Positions 33,368-42,449 of a DNA stretch of 60,156 nt are shown here, in pieces. Position 1 is the first letter of the stretch, and every line of letters begins with the position of its first letter. The DNA is taken from NCBI GenBank assembly GCA_020438135.1, contig JAGQVF010000059.1:4216-64371 (forward strand), given 5' to 3'. The position numbers were made by a program, and so were the translations under genes. This DNA comes from Bacteroidales bacterium. GTDB lineage: Bacteria; Bacteroidota; Bacteroidia; Bacteroidales; JAADJA01. The notes under the pieces were generated by a model that did no database searches, was not told the origin of the DNA, and saw only the letters and a program-made list of their open reading frames with translations.

Positions 33368-34789
33368 TCACTTTTTTTTAAGTTTTCTTAAGGTAAGTTC
33401 CCTGATTTTCAATAATTCATTTCGCTGGTTATACAGCAAATGTAAGAGATAAATTCCCAACAAAAAGTAAAGATACACCTGTTTCTCAAAATAAACACTG
33501 ATCATCAGGCCAAGACCCATAATTAATTTGGGAAGCCAGAATTTGAGAATCTGCCCCATCGAATACCCGAATATCTTATAAAAACCAAAATAAAGGAAGA
33601 TGGGTACTATAAAGATCATATAGCTAAATGCATAGGCAATAGCCACCATGAGCATCGAATAAAAAGCACCTGAAATTATTGCCAGCACCATGATGATTGC
33701 AGAAGTTACACCAAGGTACATGAATCTTTTTTCCTCCTCGAGCAGGATAAATACATGTCCGGTCGTCGAAATCATGGTTTGAAACATGATCAATATGCCA
33801 AAGTAGGGAAGGAGTTCAGCCACGCCCAACCAGTTTTCGCCCCAAAGTACCTGAACAAAGGTGTGAGGAATAAGAATCAAAACGGCACCTATCGGAAAAT
33901 TGATCAAACTGATAATCCCCAAAATGCTCATGTATTCACTGTTAACATCTCCTCCCTCCGATTTGAATTTTTTGAGGCTGGGATAAAGCACAGTTCCGAA
34001 TAAACCTGTGATTACATTCAGTGAAAGTTGTAACATTTTGTAGGCCCGGTTGTAAATCCCAAGGTCGTAGCTGCTGTAAAATTTACCAATGATCAGGTTG
34101 TCAGCATTCCGGGCCCAGTAGTTGATCAGGTTAAATCCACTCAGGTTGGTGATGAGGCTTTTTGTTTTCCTGAATGCCACGAGGGTGTAACTTATCGGAT
34201 AAAACCTGAACCCAAGCCTGAGTTTCAGGTCAAACATGATGTATTGAACAAGGTTGAGAACAATTTGTGGAATGATCAGGGACCAGTAGCTGAATCCGAG
34301 AAAAGCCATGATGATCATCAATGCAATGCTCACCAGGTTGGAGATCAGCTTAACCTTGCCGATATAATTAAAATTCAGGTTTTTGGAAAAAACAGCCATG
34401 GGTGCTATCCGAAACGCTCCCGCTATAAAGGTAAGTGCCATAACCATGGTGGGGAAAACAAGGGTCATGTCATCATAAAAAAGCGCTATGGGATATGCCA
34501 GGAGCAACATGATGACAAAAAGCAACATCCCGAAATAAAAGGAGAGGTTTGTGATGGCCCGTTGAAATGTGTAGCCATAATCACTCCGGATGATCGCGAA
34601 CGAAAGTCCAGCATCAGCAAATATGGTAACAAAACCGGTAAAAACGGTTATCAACGCAACATATCCGTATTCTTCAGGGAGTAGTAACCTTGAAAGTACG
34701 ATAGAAGCAAGGAAGTTGGCTGCCTGTGAGCTGTAATTGTATCCTCCCAGCGTCAGAATATTCTTAAACAACGACTTTTTAAAACTCAC
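33368..34789 (-). CDS. wzx: Wzx-type oligosaccharide flippase (MOP superfamily)
   Basis: 473 aa, about 12-14 TM helices, with a typical N-terminus (...QAANFLASIVLSRLLLPEEYGYVAL). Confidence 0.8.
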   Translation of the reverse strand: MSFKKSLFKNILTLGGYNYSSQAANFLASIVLSRLLLPEEYGYVALITVFTGFVTIFADAGLSFAIIRSDYGYTFQRAITNLSFYFGMLLFVIMLLLAYPIALFYDDMTLVFPTMVMALTFIAGAFRIAPMAVFSKNLNFNYIGKVKLISNLVSIALMIIMAFLGFSYWSLIIPQIVLNLVQYIMFDLKLRLGFRFYPISYTLVAFRKTKSLITNLSGFNLINYWARNADNLIIGKFYSSYDLGIYNRAYKMLQLSLNVITGLFGTVLYPSLKKFKSEGGDVNSEYMSILGIISLINFPIGAVLILIPHTFVQVLWGENWLGVAELLPYFGILIMFQTMISTTGHVFILLEEEKRFMYLGVTSAIIMVLAIISGAFYSMLMVAIAYAFSYMIFIVPIFLYFGFYKIFGYSMGQILKFWLPKLIMGLGLMISVYFEKQVYLYFLLGIYLLHLLYNQRNELLKIRELTLRKLKKK

Positions 34790-34854
34790 ATTAAAAAATT
34801 TGGAAATTCAATAAAATCTGTAAATTTCTGTAATACGAAAGAAATACGGGAGGG

Positions 34855-35823
34855 TTATTTCTGATCATCCTGTTCATGACATCTCCTGCCCGGTAAATTG
34901 TTGCAAATAATGGCGCCAACAACTTCGGCAAAAGTAAATTTATTTTCGAGATGAGTTTTATGCCATTTTAGCCAATCTTTCCTCCGGTTCAGAAAACGTT
35001 TGGCAAACAAAATGGCATATTTTACACGATGATTCCGGTAATGTTTTTTAAAATCATCAATCAGGTTTTTATGTTTAATTAATTGGTTGTCGCGAAAACA
35101 AATGGAAGTATTGAGCCTGTAAACCATCGAATTGGTGATGCTCTCATTGTGTCGTCTTGTGTAGCTAAGCACTTTAAAAATAAATCCAAAGTCGGATCGG
35201 GATAAAATATCATAGGCTAATTCAGTATCGACATGTAAACTTACCTCGCTGAATATTTTGGGGTAAATTGGTAGTTCCCTGAGTACGCTGTTCCGGAATA
35301 TGACCGTATTACCTGAACCCGTAACGTCTATTCTGAGCAATAATTCATCAGTTACTATTTTTTTCCCGTTGAAAATCTGACCTTTATAGATGTCGAGGCC
35401 ATTTCCCCTAACTTTAGAGCCATCAATCCGGTAGGACGAGCATATACCCACACCGGCATTATTCTCCAGTAGCGTTACCGTTTCGGAGAGATATTCGGGC
35501 ATTAGCCAGTCGTCAGCAGGAACGATCTTAAAATAAACTGCTTCAGGTGAAGTGTTGCGATAGGTTTCGTTCCAGTTTTGCATCACATCAAGGAAATCCT
35601 TGTTTTTAACAAGTTTTATTCTTTGATCTTTAGCCATATAGGAAGTAACAATGGCATTTGTGTTGTCAGTACTGCAATTATCGATAATAACACATTCCCA
35701 AGTTTGATATGTCTGGGCTATGATTGAATCAAGACATTCAGAGATATATTTGTCGCCATTATATACCGGCACTCCGATTGATACCAATGGTCCCTCAGTT
35801 AGCTTTTTGTTGTTTTTGATCAT
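34855..35823 (-). CDS. Family-2 glycosyltransferase
   Basis: VSIGVPVYNGDKYISECLDSIIAQTY, CVIIDNCSTDNT, VPADDW (DxD-like). Confidence 0.85.
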   Translation of the reverse strand: MIKNNKKLTEGPLVSIGVPVYNGDKYISECLDSIIAQTYQTWECVIIDNCSTDNTNAIVTSYMAKDQRIKLVKNKDFLDVMQNWNETYRNTSPEAVYFKIVPADDWLMPEYLSETVTLLENNAGVGICSSYRIDGSKVRGNGLDIYKGQIFNGKKIVTDELLLRIDVTGSGNTVIFRNSVLRELPIYPKIFSEVSLHVDTELAYDILSRSDFGFIFKVLSYTRRHNESITNSMVYRLNTSICFRDNQLIKHKNLIDDFKKHYRNHRVKYAILFAKRFLNRRKDWLKWHKTHLENKFTFAEVVGAIICNNLPGRRCHEQDDQK

Positions 35824-35955
35824 AGACGTCGTGCAGCAGCGTAATTCCCTTATGTTTTTTAATCGAGTGCAAATTAGTAATTTATAAAATCAAATACAAA
35901 TTAAACCATTTTTAATGTATTGACTAATTCCCCGTTTGTAAATAAGAACAAATAG

Positions 35956-36729
35956 TTAAAAAAAAATGTTGAGGAATTGCTTCAGGTTTGAATATCCCTC
36001 TACAGTTCCCGTATCTAAGCATTGAACATCATCCATCGGAAAACCCTGTATTTTAAATCCCTGGTCTGCCGCTTTCATAAATATCTTACCCAGTTGGGGT
36101 TCTTCGTTCAATTTTGCTTGATCTGTTACTTTAAGGTAATCGTGCAAAAATTGTGAAAATTTAAAATTCCAGATTGCAGAAAACCAGGCGTACCTGAGGT
36201 TAGCGGCTGATTCGCTTTTAATAACAATTTTTTTGATTTGATTATTCTTATCAATGTCAACCATGTCCCATTTTGTAAAAGCATTTTGGGGGAATAAGCC
36301 AAGCAAAACATCAGGCTTTTCCCTGATAAAAGATGCTTTTAATTTAGAAATTGCCTGTTTTGAGCTAATCACAATATCGGGGAATCCAACGACGATGTTT
36401 TTATTTTTAATAAAGGGGTAAGCAGCATCAATACTGAAGGGTGGTCCCTGCAGGTTTTCGGTAACATGGTATGCAAAATCAACCCATTCACGTTTTCCTC
36501 CCTGGTAATAGGCTGGAATATCCCATTTTCCCGCGCGAAGTACAAAATGAATGTTGGATATTCCGGCTATTTGTAAATTTTCGATCAGGAATGAAGAAAT
36601 AACCCTGAGTTTTGCTTGACCATGACTATCATTTTCCGCTCCTGCAGGAAGCAATTCCTTACTAAACGGAAGAGGCGACAACCGCGTAGCCATTCCGGCT
36701 GCAGGTATGATTGCTGCAAATTCTTCCAT
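35956..36729 (-). CDS. Sugar-phosphate nucleotidyltransferase (NTP_transferase fold)
   Basis: N-terminal AAIIPAAGMATRLSPLPFSKELLP (GxGxRLxPxxxxxPKxL class). The size (257 aa) fits a single-domain nucleotidyltransferase. The substrate is unknown. Confidence 0.7.
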   Translation of the reverse strand: MEEFAAIIPAAGMATRLSPLPFSKELLPAGAENDSHGQAKLRVISSFLIENLQIAGISNIHFVLRAGKWDIPAYYQGGKREWVDFAYHVTENLQGPPFSIDAAYPFIKNKNIVVGFPDIVISSKQAISKLKASFIREKPDVLLGLFPQNAFTKWDMVDIDKNNQIKKIVIKSESAANLRYAWFSAIWNFKFSQFLHDYLKVTDQAKLNEEPQLGKIFMKAADQGFKIQGFPMDDVQCLDTGTVEGYSNLKQFLNIFF

Positions 36730-36731
36730 GT

Positions 36732-37463
36732 CTACTGTCTTTTTTTAGTGATAATTCTGCCTTGCAGGGATCTGATCACAATTTCGGAAACAACAGTTTT
36801 GGACGACCTGAACAGCAGATCAACTATTATTTCAGCTACTTCCCTTGCCGGAATTAATTTTTCGGGATCATAATTTCTGTTTTCAGCCAGGTGGATTTTC
36901 TGCTGCATTGGTGTGTCGGTAGCTGCAGGATACACACTGGTTACTTTTATGCCATCGCCTTCCAATTCGGCCTGGAAACTACCTGCAATCGCACTTAATG
37001 CATGTTTGGATGCAGCATATTGTCCGATGCTTTCCCAGGAATTAATTCCGGCTGTTGAATTGATAAAAACAACTCTTCCCTGGCTTTTTTGTAATGGTTC
37101 AAGTAATTCCTTTGTGATGAAAAAAGGTGCCCGCGTATTTACCTTGTAGAGTTCATCGAAGTTTTCGATTGAAGCTTCCTCAATCCGGCCCGCATAAAAT
37201 ACGCCGGCCGAATGGACCAGGTAATGAATTTTTTTTGCTGTTTTTTTTGCCGCTTCAACCAGTTTTACCAAATCCTTATCAATGGTAAAGTCAGCTTTAA
37301 TATACGAAACAGGTGCACCGGCGGGCAATTCATGAGCTATTTTTTCCTGAACAGAATTAAAATTCCTGCCGCAAATGATCACGTGCACTCCTTTCCGCAA
37401 CAGCATCAAACTGATCTGCAAGCCGATTCCACTGGTGCCTCCGGTGACAAGTGCAGTTTTCAT
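36732..37463 (-). CDS. Classical short-chain dehydrogenase/reductase (SDR)
   Basis: TGGTSGIG cofactor motif, NSTAG, and catalytic YAASKHAL (YxxxK). Confidence 0.88.
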   Translation of the reverse strand: MKTALVTGGTSGIGLQISLMLLRKGVHVIICGRNFNSVQEKIAHELPAGAPVSYIKADFTIDKDLVKLVEAAKKTAKKIHYLVHSAGVFYAGRIEEASIENFDELYKVNTRAPFFITKELLEPLQKSQGRVVFINSTAGINSWESIGQYAASKHALSAIAGSFQAELEGDGIKVTSVYPAATDTPMQQKIHLAENRNYDPEKLIPAREVAEIIVDLLFRSSKTVVSEIVIRSLQGRIITKKRQ

Positions 37464-37475
37464 GTAGTTCAGGTA

Positions 37476-38786
37476 TTAATTAATTTCTTTTAACAAATCC
37501 GCCTTTTCCAAATCATGTGCAGCGTTAACGAGCAGATTGAATGGCAATCCTGCCTTATTGGCAATATCAAGCATGGTGTGGTTGCCATCGGATAAACTTA
37601 AAACCCAAAGAATAGCCATCTGGTAGTCCTGCTGATTGCTTTGTCCCCCAACATTTTTATATAGTCCCCTTTTACCCAGTTGAGGTTCACCCTTTGGATT
37701 TAAATTGATCCACTTGCGGTTACCCTCCATCACTGTGAATACATCCAGTAAAAGCAAATACGATTGGGCCATGTTTGAACCGGAAATAAAATCAAGGTTG
37801 TCGGCTGAGGTATGATATTCAGGAAATTCACCATGTGGTTTACGTGAAAGTCTTCCGACTGGAAGATCAAAACCGGGTGAGCAAAATTGCCGTTCATCAT
37901 AGCCATAGGGCGACCAGTTTCTTATTTCAGAGCCCTCTTTATCCGCTAAAACATATGCTAATATTGTATCAGTAGCGGTATTTTCCCTCCGGGATTTTTT
38001 ATAGTGAAACGGACTGGAATCACCCAGCAAATTGAGCACCAAACCATACCTGATGTTTTTTAAAATATTCTCGTTTCGGCTCAGCCATGTAATCGATCCG
38101 ATTGTTCCGGGAATAAAAATAAACCGGTATGAAAAATGAGGTTTGATGGTTGTTAAAAATGCTGCAAGATGTACTGCTACAGCTATACCACTTAGGTTGT
38201 CATTACAAAGTGAGGGATGACATACATGACAACTGACCAGAATTTCTGCTTTTGTTTCACCTTGTATATAAAACTCTCCATACGTCAATGATCCCGGTTT
38301 AATATCCGAATCAATTTTTACTTTATAATTTTTATTTTCGAGCCCCACAAGCTGATTGTGGCTCATGCAAAATCCCCATTGCCGGTTGTGGTATGAAGTT
38401 CTGTATGGAACCAGGTCAGGTTGCCCGGGAAGTGTGAAAATATGCTTTTTAAGTTCTTCAAGAGGTATCGTCTCCTCCACAGGGGTACTGTAATTCAGCA
38501 CATGGAGGTTTAGTTTTTTAAAGTCGATGATCTTTTCTCCCTTGTCATCTTTGATCCAGGCATCGCGGATGTTCCATTCTTCAGGTATTTCCCAATCGAA
38601 CACTTTTGTGCCTGTTGGCACTTCAATAATATCAAGCGGAATATATGATTTGATGATTTGAAGTGTTTCTCTGACTCCATTGCCGGTAATGCTCCGGCAG
38701 ATAGGGTATAACCGCTCAGCAAGTGCATACATTGAATTGCCGGCCTGTATTGTGTCGATGTTTTTGATTTGGTTGGTAATTTCCAT
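37476..38786 (-). CDS. DUF4910/DUF2172 aminopeptidase-like (M28-fold) protein with a C-terminal winged-helix-like tail
   Basis: Blocks YPICRSITGNGVRETL, ILVSCHVCHPSLCNDNLSGIAV, and the C-terminus AILWVLSLSDGNHTMLDIANKAGLPF. Family names are recalled from memory. Confidence 0.65.
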   Translation of the reverse strand: MEITNQIKNIDTIQAGNSMYALAERLYPICRSITGNGVRETLQIIKSYIPLDIIEVPTGTKVFDWEIPEEWNIRDAWIKDDKGEKIIDFKKLNLHVLNYSTPVEETIPLEELKKHIFTLPGQPDLVPYRTSYHNRQWGFCMSHNQLVGLENKNYKVKIDSDIKPGSLTYGEFYIQGETKAEILVSCHVCHPSLCNDNLSGIAVAVHLAAFLTTIKPHFSYRFIFIPGTIGSITWLSRNENILKNIRYGLVLNLLGDSSPFHYKKSRRENTATDTILAYVLADKEGSEIRNWSPYGYDERQFCSPGFDLPVGRLSRKPHGEFPEYHTSADNLDFISGSNMAQSYLLLLDVFTVMEGNRKWINLNPKGEPQLGKRGLYKNVGGQSNQQDYQMAILWVLSLSDGNHTMLDIANKAGLPFNLLVNAAHDLEKADLLKEIN

Positions 38787-40018
38787 TAAAATTCCTCATT
38801 TTCAGGTATAAAAATCACAAATCTACCGCCCCATTCCCGAATGTAATTCAATTGGCTGCTGATCTCGTTTTTGAGGTTCCAGGGCAGGATGATCACAATA
38901 TCCGGCTTGTATTCGCTGATTTTATCTTTACCAAAAACCGGAATATGGCTACCCGGAAGAAATTTGTTCTGTTTATAGGGAGAGGCATCCACAACAAAGG
39001 TGATCAGATCGGTACCTTTGATGCCCAGATAATTAAGCAATGTATTGCCTTTGGCTGCTGCGCCGTATCCGATGATCTTGTTGCCGGCTCTTTTACGGTT
39101 GATCAAATATTCAAGTGCATTGTATTTGATTTCATCAACCTTTTGCTGAAACCCACTGTAATACTCCAGGGTGTTGACACCTGCCTCCACTTCTTTTTGC
39201 AGAAGTGCCTTTACAGCAGGACCGATCGGTTTCGTAGAATCATCTTCATGCTTTGCATAAATCCGCAATGATCCGCCATGCGTTGAAAGTTCTTCAACGT
39301 CGAACATCTCCAGCCCCTGTGATTTAAAAATGTTTTTTACTGCATAAAATGAGAGGTAGGAAAAATGTTCATGATAGATTGTGTCAAACTGATTTTCAGC
39401 AACCAGTTTCAACAAATGCGGGAATTCCATCGTAATAACTCCCCCGGGATTTAAGGCAATTTTCATCCCTTTAACAAAATCGTTGATGTCAGGTACGTGA
39501 GCGAGCACATTGTTCCCAAGCAACAGATCCGCACCGATGCCTTTATCTGCAAGTTTTTCCCTGGCCAATTTGGAACCAAAAAAATCCACGATGGTTTTAA
39601 TTCCTTTTTTCTCTGCTTCAGCGGCTGTATTCGCTGTTGGATCGACCCCAAGAACCGGCACCCCCGATTCTTTAAAATATTGCAACAGATAACCGTCGTT
39701 GGAAGCGATTTCAATCACCTGGCTATTTTGATCATAACCAAAACGATCGATCATTTTTTCGGTATATTTTTTAGCATGTTCAAGCCAGGAGGTCGAAAAG
39801 GATGAAAAGTAAGTATACTCTTCATCAAAAATTTTATCGGCCTTTTGCATTTCATCCACCTGAACCAGCCAACAATTGTGGCAAATGAATATTTTTAAAG
39901 GAAAATACAATTCAGGTTCGCTGAGATTTTCAGCATTTAACATGGCATTGGAAACCGGAGAAAAAGAGAGGTCAACAAATACGTGTTCTAATTCGGTTTT
40001 ACAGTGTCTGCATTTCAT
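38786..40018 (-). CDS. NDP-hexose C-methyltransferase family (Zn-ribbon + class I SAM MT + C-terminal C-MT domain)
   Basis: N-terminal four-Cys ribbon (CRHC...CHNC), SAM motif VIEIASNDG, and TylC3-like length (410 aa). Stop/start codons overlap on both sides. Confidence 0.8.
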   Translation of the reverse strand: MKCRHCKTELEHVFVDLSFSPVSNAMLNAENLSEPELYFPLKIFICHNCWLVQVDEMQKADKIFDEEYTYFSSFSTSWLEHAKKYTEKMIDRFGYDQNSQVIEIASNDGYLLQYFKESGVPVLGVDPTANTAAEAEKKGIKTIVDFFGSKLAREKLADKGIGADLLLGNNVLAHVPDINDFVKGMKIALNPGGVITMEFPHLLKLVAENQFDTIYHEHFSYLSFYAVKNIFKSQGLEMFDVEELSTHGGSLRIYAKHEDDSTKPIGPAVKALLQKEVEAGVNTLEYYSGFQQKVDEIKYNALEYLINRKRAGNKIIGYGAAAKGNTLLNYLGIKGTDLITFVVDASPYKQNKFLPGSHIPVFGKDKISEYKPDIVIILPWNLKNEISSQLNYIREWGGRFVIFIPENEEF

Positions 40019-40569
40019 ATTACCAGTCCTTCAAATTGTGATTCTGAGATTAAAGGGAATTCTGTATCACGATCCGAGATAATTTTGGGGTTAAAGGGCA
40101 GGTTGATCTTCAATTCAGGGTCGTTATGCCTGAGACCGCCTTCAAATCCCGGTTTATAAAATTCGGTGTGAAAATAGACCAATCCCGAGTTATCTTCCAG
40201 GGTGATGTATCCATGGGCAAATCCTTCGGGTACAAGAATCATTTCTGCTTTATCCGCCGATAGATCAATGGCAAAATGTTGCAGGAATGTGGGAGAGTTT
40301 TTTCGAATATCGATGATGTAATCACGAACTTTACCGCTCATGCATCTGATCAGCTTTGTTTCGCTGAATGGTGGAATCTGGTAATGAAATCCCCTGAATG
40401 TGTGCCTGAATTTATTCAGCGAATGGTTCACCTGAACAAATTCCTTGTTGAAACCAATCTCTTTAAATTCCTTTTTGCAGTACATCCTCACGAAATAGCC
40501 CCGCTCATCCTCGAAAGGTGACAATTTTATTAAAAAAGCATTCCTGAGATGGATTTCGTTAAAGGTCAT
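40015..40569 (-). CDS. dTDP-4-dehydrorhamnose 3,5-epimerase family (RfbC/RmlC-like cupin)
   Basis: FEDERGYF, GFHYQIPPFSETKLIRCMSGKVRDYIIDIRKNSPTF, PEGFAHGY. The catalytic His and Tyr contexts are retained. Confidence 0.85.
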   Translation of the reverse strand: MTFNEIHLRNAFLIKLSPFEDERGYFVRMYCKKEFKEIGFNKEFVQVNHSLNKFRHTFRGFHYQIPPFSETKLIRCMSGKVRDYIIDIRKNSPTFLQHFAIDLSADKAEMILVPEGFAHGYITLEDNSGLVYFHTEFYKPGFEGGLRHNDPELKINLPFNPKIISDRDTEFPLISESQFEGLVI

Positions 40570-41612
40570 ACCACAACAAACAATTGATCGTTAATAATGT
40601 TTTTTTCAAGGAGGTCAGTAATGACGTGAAGCCTCATATAATGAGAATTCCGGAAGTTTTTGTCTTTAAATTCCATCATCATTAATCCGTCGAAGAGGCC
40701 TTTTACAGAAGCCGTAAGATCAAATGCCGGCTGATGTTCAGGAGCAAGTTTTTTAAACAAGCCAAAATCAACCCTGTAAGATCGTTTATCGGGCGCTGCA
40801 TTTTTATTTACAGAAACATTTACGTTAGGATAAAGTTCTTTGATTTTTTCAGCGAGTTCAACCACTCTGTAATTCCAAACATCACTTCCTGTATTTACAA
40901 CAAGGAAATCTCCTCCGTTGGAAGCTTCGCGCTCATGCGACCACCGGATAGCGCGGGCCATATCAAGAACATTGATCAGCGGTCGCCACGGGGTTCCGTC
41001 ACTCAGAATGGTGATTTCGCCAGAGGTGATGGCACAAGTTACGAAATCGTTCAATACAAGATCGAGTCGCAGCCGTTCGCTCATGCCACATGCCGTAGCA
41101 AAACGATGACATGTAATTTTAAAGTTTTTGTCGGCAAGGGGTGCCAGATCATTTTCAGTATACACTTTCGATTTGGCGTAGGCCGTTAACGGATTAACCT
41201 CTGAACTTTCTGTCCGGGGTGCATCTTCGGCTGCTCCATAAACACTGCAGCTCGATGCATAAATATAGTTTTTAACGCCGGCTTTTTTCGCTTTTTTTGC
41301 AATATCAACTGCAGCCTTGTAGTTTATGGCCAGTGTGGGTTCTTCAAACTTATTACCAATCGGATCATTGGAAATGGCTGCCAGGCTCACAACCGTGTCA
41401 ACACCTTCCAGTAAATGATCGGGGAAGTTTCTCACGTCTCCGTAAACCTGCATGTTAAGATACGACTCGGGGATAATTCTGTCGCTCGTAATATATTTTG
41501 AGAAGTAGCCTGTGTCGAAGCCAATTAATTCAGCATCCGGATAATGTTTTCTGAATTCTCTGACTACACCCGGTCCTACGTAGCCAAGATTTCCGGTAAT
41601 TAGTACTTTCAT
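40566..41612 (-). CDS. Extended-SDR NAD-dependent epimerase/reductase (not an obvious 4,6-dehydratase)
   Basis: MKVLITGNLGYVG Rossmann motif and YAKSK (YxxxK). The block before the catalytic Tyr is ASSCSVYG rather than the (S/T)TDEVYG of 4,6-dehydratases. Confidence 0.8.
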   Translation of the reverse strand: MKVLITGNLGYVGPGVVREFRKHYPDAELIGFDTGYFSKYITSDRIIPESYLNMQVYGDVRNFPDHLLEGVDTVVSLAAISNDPIGNKFEEPTLAINYKAAVDIAKKAKKAGVKNYIYASSCSVYGAAEDAPRTESSEVNPLTAYAKSKVYTENDLAPLADKNFKITCHRFATACGMSERLRLDLVLNDFVTCAITSGEITILSDGTPWRPLINVLDMARAIRWSHEREASNGGDFLVVNTGSDVWNYRVVELAEKIKELYPNVNVSVNKNAAPDKRSYRVDFGLFKKLAPEHQPAFDLTASVKGLFDGLMMMEFKDKNFRNSHYMRLHVITDLLEKNIINDQLFVVV

Positions 41613-41636
41613 GTAGAGTTAAATTAATAAGATTTA

Positions 41637-42419
41637 TTATTTCCATTTTTTCCAGGGAGTATTGGGCGATGCCCAAACATCCTCCAGTACGTTTTTATCT
41701 CTCAGTGTGTCCATATTTTGCCAGTATCCACCATGCTGGTAAGCAGCAAGTTTGCCTTCTCTGGCCATGTTTTCAAGTGGTTCTCGTTCCCAAATAGTAG
41801 AATCCCCTTCGATATAATCAAAAATTTGAGGTTCCAGTACAAAAAAACCACCATTGATCCAGGCAGAATCGTGATCGCCTTTTGGCTTTTCCCTGAAACT
41901 TGAAATTTTGTTTGTTCCTGTTTCCATGCTAAATGCTCCGAAACGTCCGGGAGGCTGAACAGCAGTAAGGGTGGCAAATACATTTTGTTTTTTATGGAAA
42001 TCGAGTAGTGTATGAAAATCAATATCACTTACCCCATCTCCATAGGTCAGGAAAAAAGTTTCATCACCGATATATTCCTGAATCCGCTTGATACGCCCAC
42101 CGGTCATGGTGTTTTGTCCTGTGTCGATCAGCGTCACCTTCCAGGGTTCAACCTTATTGTTGTGAATTTCAAACGAATTATCCCTGAGGTTAAAAGTTAT
42201 ATCACTTTGTAAGAGGTAATAGTTTGAAAAATACTCTTTAATCATTTCACCTTTGTAGCCGCAACAGATCACAAAATCATTGAAGCCTTCGGCAGAATAC
42301 ATCTTCATGATGTGCCAAAGAATCGGCATACCTCCAATTTCAACCATGGGTTTTGGTCTTACGCCTGTTTCCTCACTGATGCGGGTTCCGAAGCCTCCTG
42401 CTAAAATTACAGTTTTCAC
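41637..42419 (-). CDS. rfbF: Glucose-1-phosphate cytidylyltransferase
   Basis: MKTVILAGGFGTRISEETGVRPKPMVEIGGMPILWHIMK is near-canonical RfbF. The 260-aa length also fits. Confidence 0.9.
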   Translation of the reverse strand: MKTVILAGGFGTRISEETGVRPKPMVEIGGMPILWHIMKMYSAEGFNDFVICCGYKGEMIKEYFSNYYLLQSDITFNLRDNSFEIHNNKVEPWKVTLIDTGQNTMTGGRIKRIQEYIGDETFFLTYGDGVSDIDFHTLLDFHKKQNVFATLTAVQPPGRFGAFSMETGTNKISSFREKPKGDHDSAWINGGFFVLEPQIFDYIEGDSTIWEREPLENMAREGKLAAYQHGGYWQNMDTLRDKNVLEDVWASPNTPWKKWK

Positions 42420-42449
42420 AATAGTTGTTTTTTAAAGTGTATAAGTTAA

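Noticed and set aside
40566-41612. Calling the 348-aa SDR next to rfbF a CDP-glucose 4,6-dehydratase (rfbG).
   Set aside because: The active-site context reads ASSCSVYG...YAKSK. It lacks the Asp-Glu pair of the (S/T)TDEVYG dehydratase motif, and the N-terminus GNLGYVG differs from the RfbG GHTGFKG. It is therefore annotated generically.
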